Source of the DNA: Octopus vulgaris
Taxonomy: Eukaryota
NCBI GenBank assembly: GCA_951406725.2
Contig: OX597816.1
Coordinates: forward strand, 62,186,001-62,250,000
DNA: 64,000 nt
Direction of reading: 5' to 3'
This document shows positions 52,185 through 64,000 of this stretch, one piece after another. The notes under the pieces were generated by a model. It did no database searches. It was not told the origin of the DNA and saw only the letters and a list, made by a program, of their open reading frames with translations. Positions within the stretch are counted from its first letter, which is position 1. Each line of letters opens with the position of its first letter. The translations under genes were made by a program, and so were the position numbers.

Positions 52185-52418
52185 AAGGCGGCGAGCTAGC
52201 AGAAACGTTAGCACGCCGGGCGAAATGCGTCGCCGCATTTCGTCTGCCGTTACGTTCTGAGTTCAAATTCCGCCGAGGATGACTTTGCCTTTCATCCTTT
52301 CGGGGTCGATAAATTAAGTACCAGTTACGCACTGGGGTCGATGTAATCGACTTAATCCGTCTGTCTGTCCTTGTTTGTCCCCTCTGTGTTTAGCCCCTTG
52401 TGGGTAGTAAAGAAATAA
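52185..52418 (+). mobile_element. SINE family A, full length
   Basis: Near-identical to 7760-7998. Confidence 0.92.
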
Positions 52419-53321
52419 GAAAGCTGCTGCAGAAGACCTTAATCTAAGGTGCTGCGCAGTGGGATCGTACCTGATACCATGGAGTTGCGTAGTGAACATG
52501 TTAATCACGTGGCCAGACATGTGTGTGTGTTTTTATGTAATGAGCAAATGATAAATAGGTTTTTAATTTCACTCATGAATGCATGAGTGTGATAATAAAT
52601 TGCTTGGCCTTTTGTGGTCAGAGCATTCCATCAACAGTTATCCGGTTTACTAACTTCAAAGGAGCACTACATGGTGTTTAAAGCTACGTCCTTTGATGAA
52701 AATCTCTATGAAAACTATTTGTAGTCTGTCTTCATAACATTCTCATATAAATGTGTGCGGCTAGAAAGCTTAGATTTTGGTTGTTATAGTTGTTGGCTTT
52801 ATTCAGATATGCTGCATATACATACATAAATACATTCAAACATACATACATACATATATGTGTGTGCGTGTATGTGTATACACATGTATATACATATGCT
52901 CTGTATGCATGTTTCTTAATAAGAGATTACGTTAATCATGTAATCTTATTAACAACATTATTAATTTACCCATAGAGCATAGAATTCCTGGTGGAAAAGA
53001 GGTTTAGCATCAAAATGAGCAATGTTATCAGTAAGTAACATGGTACTTTTTATCGAAAAAGAAAAACCATCCCCGACTGAATATGCGCGGGTAGATTTGT
53101 ATTGATTGTACCCAAGCAATTTCGTGCTTTTAGATAGTTTTCTTAAGACAAACCCAGTCTGCTGCACAATTGTTTTCGTACTCTTAAACTATATCATTAA
53201 AATTTATAACGCTCTCACGATTATATTTCATAAGTATACACAACCTAATATTTAGATTGTCAATTTATTTCCTGGTCTAACATTCTACAATGTTGTTATA
53301 TCGGAACTTGGGCATTACAGT

Positions 53322-53535
53322 TAGAAATGTTAGCACGTCGGGCGAAATGCTTATTTCGTCTGCCGTTACGTTCCGAGTTCAAATTCCGCCGAAGTCGACT
53401 TTGCCTTTCATCCTTTCGGGGTCGATAAATTAAGTACCAGTCATGCACTGGGGTCGATGTAATTGACTTAATCCTGTTGTCTGCTCTTGTTTGTCCCCTC
53501 TATATTTAGCCCCTTGTGGGCAATAAAGAGATAAG
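53322..53535 (+). mobile_element. SINE family A
   Basis: Consensus match, slightly 5'-eroded. Confidence 0.88.
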
Positions 53536-54583
53536 AAGGTACTTCTAATAACGATGTGTTATACTACTAGTAATAACGACGTCTAAGAAGGTAAGAAACT
53601 TTCGGAGTTGTTTCCCTTGCAGGTTCAGTCAAAGAATAACATAAGCTTACATATACTGCTGTTTTGTATTCCCTGCATTTATGCAATTCTGACTAAATCT
53701 TGCGTTGAAAATTAAAATAATTAAGCCCATTCTTGTATATCTTTTATACCTTCGACAAGATCAAATACAGCGGGCTTTTATGAGTCAAATAAATATTACT
53801 ATGCATTGAAACTAGCAAATGTAGTTACTAATGAAACGAAAACGTTTCGGTCACACACGCATACATATACACTTACTCGCATACTTACAGCCTACAGATA
53901 TGCGAACGTACGCACGCATAATTACCTATACCAGCAAGTCTTTGGCTCTCACAATAAACGAAGCTGAATAAAGGAATATCTAACCGAGTATTCATTAACT
54001 CTGCCAAAAACATTCATACATGCAAAGTTCAATAGAAGCCAAAATGATTCGGAAATAGACATGGTTTATCTATAGTTCCTCTTGCTATTTCTCTTTATCT
54101 GTACCAAACTTATTAACTTCCATCGATATACCACATTCACATGTTCAAATAAAAATCTCGACTTCAAAAGAAAAAGGATGTCATTTCACTCCAAGAAAAC
54201 ATTCAACCGAACCATCAGAAATCCTGTTGTGGACGAATAATCAATTAACAGGCATGATCTACGTTTAAGGATCAGACCATGATTCAAAAGATTGTTTGTT
54301 TTTGCTTATCGTATATGATTATATGTATGGACATATGGGTATCAATGTGTCTATGTGTGTGTGTTTTTGTTTCTGTACACATTGTGTATAATATGCATAA
54401 ATATACATGTATGTGTATAAATGCACATACATATGTGCATATGTACTAATACATATGTGTGTGCGAGTACGCGAGTATGTTCGTATTTTCATACATAGAG
54501 CACACACATGTACACAAATAGTTTATATATGTATATATAGATATATGCATGAATATGTCTATGTATGTATGTATGTATGTATG

Positions 54584-54624
<41 letters not shown>

Positions 54625-56142
54625 TATACTCATTTCCATCGTTCTGTATCTATCTGCTTCTGTTAGCTTTTTAGCTATGTATGTATATGTACATATATGT
54701 ATATGTTTATGCACACATTCATACCTATCTTCGTCAACTACCTACATAGTTGCATATGCATATACATAATATATACGTTAGAATATACATCAATACAAAT
54801 ATGCATTTATATTTCATAAGAACATGATGCTTCATTTGTATAAATACATGTTTACCTTTTGAGATCTATGGGTTTTTGTAACTATGTTGCTGTCTGTGAA
54901 CATACATTTACATTAATATGTGAGATACGAGTCTAAGCTTTTGTGTATATGAGCGTGTGTCTAAATGTATGAAAGACCGAGGGAACGGGAGGAGAAAGAG
55001 AAAGAGATAGACAGATAGAGATAGATAGACACCGAAAGGGAGTGATAGGGAGAGAGGAAGATGGAAAGATAGAGACAGGGATAGTGTGTGTTTCTTTTCA
55101 AACGTACACCTTTTATTGATTGAAATATCAAAAGAAAATTATTGCATGACAAGTTACCATCAACAAACTTCATCAATGCACACTGCCATAGATATTTCTC
55201 ATTCATGTCATTTATGCAAAGATGTCGCCTTTGTACTAAACCAACTCGCCAGATGAAGTGGTAATATCTGAGAGTTATCGAACACCTGATCATAGGATAA
55301 GACTGGCTTTCTATGAAGTGAGGTCTTGATGTATTTACGCACCGTATGATTATCGAATAATACCTCTTTATTGCTTTATTCATCATACAAAATCTATTAA
55401 TGGGGAAACTGTGAGTAATTATGGAAATGGAATTGCTTTGTGATATTTGTATATATTTCAGTGTTTTTGTTTCTTTGTTTTTGTAGATAATCTCATTACT
55501 ATGAATAATTGAAGAGCTTATCCATTTTATATTATCAATAACATCTCTTTGTATTTATAACTACATTCATTATTATATAACTATATAGTATAGTGTGCAG
55601 CTAAGGGTTAGAAGTAAGCTGTCGGCAAACCCATTGCACACAACAACAATCGGCGACCTATATCCGCGCCTTAGATTCCGCGAATGTATTTCGATTCCAG
55701 GCTGTTGCGATATTTAGGTAACAATAGAAAACATGAATATCAAATTACATTGATACGGCTCCTTAACAAATCTGAACTCGTTGGTTTCAGAGAAATGAAA
55801 TTTATAAATAAAATACAATTTCAATTTAACAGGTATCGCTATGTGGTTAAGGATGTTATAGGCACTGGTATGACTTTGTGTTTAAGAAGCTTGCTTTGCA
55901 ACCACAAGGTTTCGGGTTCAATATCACTGCACAACAATTTAGGTAAGTAATTTCTATTGTAGTTCCAAGCCAACCAATGCCGACCGTTTCATTTTTTGAT
56001 GTCCTGTACCCATATATGCATGTATATATACATATATATGTAGGTATGTACATATATGTATATATGCATATGTTTATATATTATTTATATTTTATGTATA
56101 TTACTATATGATCGAACGCCACGCATTCTTTTCCAATTAAGT

Positions 56143-56181
<39 letters not shown>

Positions 56182-56204
56182 TTTATTTAAAAGCAGTCTT
56201 CTTT

Positions 56205-56257
56205 AACAAAACTGTCCGACGAACGGGAACGTGAAACTCCGAGTAACAGCTTTTGTT
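56205..56257 (+). ncRNA. Type I hammerhead (C at position 4) in a 172-bp insert between (TA)n tracts (56181-56352)
   Basis: AACAAAA-CTGT / ACAG-c-TTTTGTT stem I; CCGACGA 56216-22; AC-gggaac-GT; GAAA; ACTC-C-GAGT; GUA cleavage after 56245. Confidence 0.7.
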
Positions 56258-56351
56258 ATGTTGCAGCTTGCTTTTAAACAAAGTGTATTACTATACCTCT
56301 GGTATTTGAGTACTTTTTTTCCACCTTGTTTCACATTTATGTGTTTACTCC

Positions 56352-56399
<48 letters not shown>

Positions 56400-56448
56400 C
56401 ACACACACACACACACACACTCACACATTTATATATATATATATATAT

Positions 56449-56640
56449 AGGCGGAGAATTCACAAAAAACAAAGCAAAAGACGAAGACAAGTGGTGTAGA
56501 CAACAAACAGATGTATTCGTTTAACTCTCGGAAAGTGAAAAAGTCTTTAACGTTTCGAGCCTACGCTCTTCCACAGAAAGGAACACAGAAAAAAAAAAAA
56601 CAAGAAGAGAAAATAAAGAATCTGTGGTGGCTAGCGAAAA
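56449..56640 (-). mobile_element. Family H2 repeat with variant hammerhead (56545-56580)
   Basis: Minus CTTT-CTGTGGAA-GAGC gtag GCTC-GAAA-CGT-T-AAAG; palindromic ACGT stem III. Confidence 0.72.
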
Positions 56641-56872
56641 GGCAGAAAGTAAAAAAAAAATTAGAAAGAACAAACTTTTAAGAAGAGTTCAAAAGGTTCA
56701 AAAGCTTCGAACGTCGTGGTGTATTGGACCGATTTCTCATCAACGGAAGAGCCAGTGTAATCCATGGGCAGGAGAGGTGCAGCTGAAGTGTACGAGAGTA
56801 GAAAGTCCAGGTAGAGAATCCAAGTAGAATAGAGCAGTGTAGAAGGTGTAAAAGTTCACACTCATATATATG

Positions 56873-56940
<68 letters not shown>

Positions 56941-56945
<5 letters not shown>

Positions 56946-57575
56946 ATAAGGGTAAATAATTTCTATAATGGTCTTTAAAAAAAGACCACAATTATTTACT
57001 GGTAGAATTCGGTATGTAAATATAGCCGATTACCGGCAGGAACTTCTGTAAAGTTCAGTATATATATTGTATATAAGAAAAAGGGACAGGCAACAGGTTG
57101 CTTGACCGCATACCGAAAAAAGTAGAAATAGCAGTCAAAAATGCTTATTTCTAATTTCCACAAATGGGGCTCCAGGCACGACAAACCCTGTAATTCACAT
57201 ATGCAAAACAGAAGGAATAGATATTCGAAAACGAAGTCTGGTGGTTATCTGTGAACATCATGTTTCTGGATTATAAACATATTGAATATATATTTCATAT
57301 ATACTTTTGATATATATTTCATATATATTGCATATATATTTCACATCCTTCTTCAGCACAGCTTTCCATTGAAATAGATTTATCATAGATTTATCAAATG
57401 CTACGTACCTCAAACCTTCTGACCATGCGACATCAAAATATTTGAAGAAAGCGAGCAAAGGTTAAACCTACATAGACGTTTGAATTCATAAATCTTCCCT
57501 CCGAAATTTTGCCATGTGCACTACAAAAATAGTTCCATAGGAGTAGGAACTATTGGGTTGTCGTAAGGGAGTGAA
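56941..57575 (-). mobile_element. Hammerhead element between (TA)n tracts (ribozyme 57249-57361)
   Basis: Minus CTGTG-CTGAAGA-aGGAT...ATCCa-GAAA-CAT g ATGT-T-CACAG. Its 3' end CCCTTATTATTA(TA)n resembles CCCTCATTATTAAA(TA)n of the 13-kb element. Confidence 0.75.
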
Positions 57576-57594
57576 TATATATATATACACACAC

Positions 57595-57643
<49 letters not shown>

Positions 57644-57666
57644 TGTATACATATATACATACATAC

Positions 57667-57710
<44 letters not shown>

Positions 57711-58771
57711 ATATAAACACTAACACAACATATATGAGTGCGTGTGTCATAGTTAAATAAGATTCAGGTAATAAAAAAAACTTGTAGTACGCCATGCAAA
57801 ACTCATCTACAATTATTGGCTGCCTGATGTCATCATACAAAGTGAATACCCTTGCTGCTGGATATACATTAGGAATTCTAAAGTATGAATGTATTAATGT
57901 ACAAGTCCTCAGAAATTCCGGCTTCGTGTCTTGCCTGCTGGAAGACCACTTCGTGTGAGACACTCCTCGGCTTTTGTCAGACCACATCTCTTAGAGAAGG
58001 TCACTCTGATATAAACCCATATATGTAGGGAATGGGATTAGACATTTAGAGTACCTTTGGCACGGGCTTAAGATGATAGCGCTTCCGCATTCCTGAGTAT
58101 GCAAACCGAATCAGGACTGGAATTCTTCTTCTGGCTTGCCTCTGGATTATGTCCATTGGGTGAAGAGGGACTGTGAGCTGCTGTACAAGGCGTTTTGCAC
58201 CTCAGATTTTAGTTAGCACAACCGCCGGCAATGGTGCTTTCTGATGTTCGATCGTGTAAGAGGGGGTATGGAAGCTACGGGCGGAAATCCGTTTGAAGCC
58301 GACTACGGTAGTAATAACTTCATGTAAAGGCATTACTGATATTTTGTATGATAAAGGTTCAGTGATGATTTTCTGCGGTCATGTGTGGACAACCATCTTG
58401 CATGTATATCTCTATTATTTGTTAATTATTATATATCTTCCACTGAGGAGCGAGTCGGTTTCCAACAAATGTAGTTAATACAGACTAATTCACATTTGGG
58501 ACTGGAGATAAGTCTTCCATAATTTTACTGTTCCGCTCACACATTGCACTTAAGCAAATACATATATGTGACTGTATATATACATATGTGTGTGTGTGTA
58601 TGATTATGTATATATATATATCTATATGCCTGTATATATATGTGTGTGTGTGTGTCTATATATGTTTATGTATATATATATATCTATATACCTGTATGTA
58701 TATATATATATATACACATATTTTTTTCTCTAGTTTCAGCTCAGAGCTGCGGCCATGCTGATACACCGCCG

Positions 58772-59576
<805 letters not shown>

Positions 59577-59944
59577 GTCTGTATATATATATATGTTTAT
59601 ATATATATATACATACATACATATATACATATATGTATGTATATCTACACATACATATACACGCATATTTGAAAATTCATGCATATGTATATATAAGACA
59701 ACACACACGCGTATATTACTAAAAATAAATTCACATTGTTTGAATAGAATATATATTCTGTAATTTGATTGAAGGACTGTAATGTGTAAGTGATACACAT
59801 ATTTTTAACAAAAAATTTAGGCAACGTATCATGTATAGTGTATATCTCTATTGAGTTATAAAACACTTTATGTTAGGTGGTACCTTTCAGAATCTTATGA
59901 ACACATACTTTAAGCAAATGTATGGATACATAATTTCATTCATT

Positions 59945-60511
<567 letters not shown>

Positions 60512-60512
<1 letters not shown>

Positions 60513-60705
60513 ACATAGAGTGCGGTCAATAAATTACACGAGAGTAAAAATATCACTGACATCTTATTTTAACAGATAATGTTTTACCAAAATTACATGA
60601 AAAAATATATTGAAATACTAAAGTGGAAGATTATTCAATAAAATCACCATTGGCTTTAACCACAGACTCCAGACGACATCGGCATCTCCTGCAACACTTC
60701 TGGAC
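60512..60705 (-). mobile_element. 3' end of a Tc1/mariner-superfamily transposon
   Basis: Minus QKCCRRCRCRLESVVKANGDFIE*, a typical transposase C-terminus, then TIR-like CATAGAGTGCGGTCAATAAATT. Confidence 0.65.
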
Positions 60706-61077
60706 TTAGATTAAAATTTGGATCTTGCACTTGAAAAATAATACTCCTAATGCCGGGATGTCTTAAAGCGGGTCCTCGTAAAGTGAAGTATTACTGTATA
60801 CCCTTTTGGTCTTGTCAGTCTTTTGATTCGACTCCGAGTACAAACAATCTTCAGGTAAGATATGACATAATTTGCTTGAATATCTCGTGCACCAACATGT
60901 TAACTCGGCGCAACAAAGACTGCATCGACTAAAATAAAATATATGATTAATCACTACTATGGTATTGCATTAAGTAATATCTTTTTCCCAACAGGTAACA
61001 CTAAATGGAAATGTAAGAGAGAGAGAGAAAGAGGGAGAGAGAGAGCGCGTTTATAAAGATATAAATATATGCGTGTA

Positions 61078-61221
<144 letters not shown>

Positions 61222-61295
61222 TTATCAATCGATTTACACATAAACAATATAGAATAGACAGACAAAAAAAAAGACAAATGGACTTGAAGACAGGC

Positions 61296-61331
<36 letters not shown>

Positions 61332-61559
61332 CATTTTATTTCGTCTTTAACGGCTATTAAACCAGTGAAGCCTAAACGATAATCTCACCTTATATCAATA
61401 CAAGTTGCGATTATATTTTAAAATTTGAGATTCAGTAAGCTATTAAAGGAGAAATTTTAAGTCCCAATCTTACGTCAAATCATTATTATCAATAATATTT
61501 CGCTACTAAACCGTCAGGAAATGTTTATTTTTTGTTTTTCTATAAGTAAAATAAATACG

Positions 61560-61614
<55 letters not shown>

Positions 61615-61689
61615 ACAGGAAGCCGTATTATATTTCGTGCATGCGCATTGTTTCTTTTTGATTTTGTCGACCACACAGTATAGGAGGGT

Positions 61690-62195
61690 AAGTTGGGCAC
61701 CCTCTTTGAGAAAAACAGCACCATGACGCAATTCTCCCTGTCAGAAATTTGGAAACGACATGCTGTACTGCCTGGCATACGCACCGGAATCTCCGATAGG
61801 AACATCTCAGAGTGTTTGTGTGTAGATCTTAGGACAGTGCAGACGATTCGGAAAGAGTTGGATGAGTTTAATGGTGATTACAAAGGTGGAGTGTTTACTA
61901 ATGATGGTGATGTTATGCCTCCGTTCAACTTCCCACACAGCCTCAGTCTCAACATGGAGGCCTACATCATGTGTATGGAGGAGATAGTGCTGGTTCAAGA
62001 GGGTGGCTGCAGGAAGACCCTATGTCTGGCAACAGGTCTTTGCACCATGCCACAAAAGCAGGAGAACCCAGTCATGGTTGTCAGACAATGTCTGCGACCA
62101 CATCTGGCCACCTAACTCCCCAGACTCTAAACCTCTTGATTATTATGTATGAAGCGCAGTTGAGCGAGATCCCAATAAATCTCCTTGTAACACAT
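61690..62195 (+). pseudogene. Internally deleted mariner/maT-like transposase
   Basis: HTH-like ISECLCVDLRTVQTIRKEL fused to GDVMPPF.F..RPYVWQQ..APCHKSRRTQSWL..WPPNSPD.KPLDYYV. Confidence 0.8.
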
Positions 62196-62216
62196 TAATT
62201 GCATTAATTTTATCTA

Positions 62217-62282
62217 CTCACTGAAGAAGTACGAATGGCAAATTAATTTATTTGCACATTGATACAGAAACTCGAGTCTGAG
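62217..62282 (+). ncRNA. Type I hammerhead ribozyme with long stem II
   Basis: CTCA/TGAG stem I; CTGAAGA 62221-27; aGTA..AATG-GCAAAT/ATTTGC-CATT..TACa; GAAA 62267-70; palindromic ACTCGAGT; GUC cleavage after 62278. Confidence 0.8.
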
Positions 62283-62429
62283 CGTAACTACAAAAATATT
62301 TATATTTTCATTCTCTTTGAAATTGCTCTTATTCGTGGTTTGGGCTTTAAATGCCCTTTCTAGCATGTAAGGTGTCCTGTTAAATGTCACCTCTTTTGTG
62401 TATAAATACGTAAATTGTTTGTACATTAT

Positions 62430-62550
62430 TGAAATTTATAGAAAAACAAAAGAGGAAGATAGTTGTATGAAACAAGCAAGTGTATTAGTTTGACGATCGA
62501 GAAGAATGGAAGTCTTCTACTTTTCGAGCCTACTCTCTTCCACATTCCGT
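62430..62550 (-). mobile_element. Degenerate family H2 copy
   Basis: GTGTATTAGTTTGACG..AGTCTT..TTTCGAGCCTACTCTCTTCCACA. Confidence 0.65.
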
Positions 62551-62910
62551 ATTCAGTTTCGTTGTGTTCAATTTCAGCCGAGGTGGACTTTGCCTTTTAT
62601 GCTTTCGAGGGTCGATAATATACGAACCAGCTGAATACTGAAGTCGATATAAAGTATATCAATCACACACACGCACACATACATGTGTACGTGTGTGTGT
62701 GTGTGTTTTATTTCCCACCACCACCGCTTGACAACTGGTGTTTGTATGTTTACGTTTTCCAAGCTTGCAGTTCGGTACAAGAGACCGATAGAATATGTAT
62801 CAGGTTTCTCATAAATGTGAGTACTTGAAGTCTCATGCGTTCGACAAAAATTCTTCAAGGTGATGCCCCAGCATGGCCGCAGTCTAATGACTGAAACAAG
62901 GAAAGGATAC
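62545..62910 (+). mobile_element. SINE A fragment followed by SINE B 3' half
   Basis: GCCGAGGTGGACTTTGCCTTT.. then CCGCTTGACAACTGGTG...GCCCCAGCATGGCCGCAGTCTAATGACTGAAAC. Confidence 0.8.
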
Positions 62911-63383
62911 ATCCATGTTAAACCTTGTACTGCAATTTCTTTTACGAGTTTTCTTTTTCTTCTAGTCAAACGTTTCTGTTATAAACGTGAACAGCGATAA
63001 TCAATTATTAACAGCCAATACTATAATCATTTATCTTTATAACTAATGCCGCTTGATTGTTGTGGTAATATTTGTGTTAGCGTCTCATATTTGGCATCAT
63101 GTTTAGAAATTCTTCTCATTTTTCCTTTCATGAATTACTACTATACAGAGAGAAAACCACTTTTTTTATGAGTCTCACCTATTTAAACAAGAAGTGATCT
63201 GTCATTTTTTTAAATTCCAAGCTTACTTCAATTACAAAAAATTGGGATATTCTTCTCAATGCCGTTCTAAAATCTCTACAGACACTTTGTTCTATGAAAT
63301 ATCATTTCTCTTCCATCGCAGTTTAATCTGATGTTCCCCCCCGTGCACAGTTTACAATACTTCCTAAGTAGTATAGCACCCGA

Positions 63384-63418
<35 letters not shown>

Positions 63419-63804
63419 GCAGGAAACAAAAGCATTGGTTCGCTGGAAGCCTATAACGAATGACTCAAATGTTTACCTGTTGCCAAGTAAAACAAATATA
63501 TAAAATATTTAAATAAAAAGGATTTTATATCATTTGGCATTTCAAGTATCAGATTAACGATTAAGCAGTTGAACAAATATTTTCACCCATAATTACAATG
63601 GCTAGAGTTGCTGCTTTTGCAATTAATCCTTGTACTGTTCTGTTATTCTATCTTTTCATAGCACCTGTTGCTTCTGTCCGTTTTTTATTCTTTATATTTT
63701 CGCGTCAATGTTGCTGTGCTTACAATTCTGGTTGTAGTTGCTACTCTAAATTTGGGTTTTTAATATTGCAATTATACTGGTGTTAACTAATTTATTATTT
63801 CATT

Positions 63805-64000
63805 CTTTTATTCTTTTATTTGTTTCAGTCATTTGATTGCAGCCATGCTGGAGCACTGCTTTTAATCGAGCAAATCGACCCCGGAACTTATTCCTTGTAA
63901 GCCTAGTACTTATTCTATCGGTCTCTCTTGCCGAACAGCTAAGTGACAGGGAGGTAAATACTCACCAACATCGGTTGGCAAGCGATGTTGGGTGGACAAA
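63805..64000 (-). mobile_element. SINE family B 3' half, runs off the window
   Basis: Matches 40965-41117 and 15345-15535. Confidence 0.9.

Overview
This is AT-rich, microsatellite-saturated eukaryotic (animal) DNA with no identifiable host protein-coding gene. From memory, the SINE families and (TA)/(CA)/(GATA) density resemble an octopus/cephalopod intron or intergenic region; that is inference, not a database result. Almost all listed ORFs are simple-repeat translations. Real coding content is transposon-derived: one nearly complete RTE-clade LINE (990-aa ORF: AP endonuclease + RT with an inserted PHD-like finger), two Penelope-like GIY-YIG fragments, 3' ends of CR1/L2-type and RTE LINEs, and decayed Tc1, mariner-like, hAT and Helitron pieces. 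At least three tRNA-derived SINE families occur in many copies. The most notable signal is about 12 type I hammerhead-ribozyme folds that I traced by hand in short non-coding elements, mostly docked in (TA)n tracts. They belong to several families, and some have non-canonical catalytic cores. One copy (13.08-14.05 kb) is a 540-nt unit present 1.4 times plus an inverted copy, as expected for a Penelope-mobilised, possibly circular-RNA-templated retrozyme. All folds are manual and untested.
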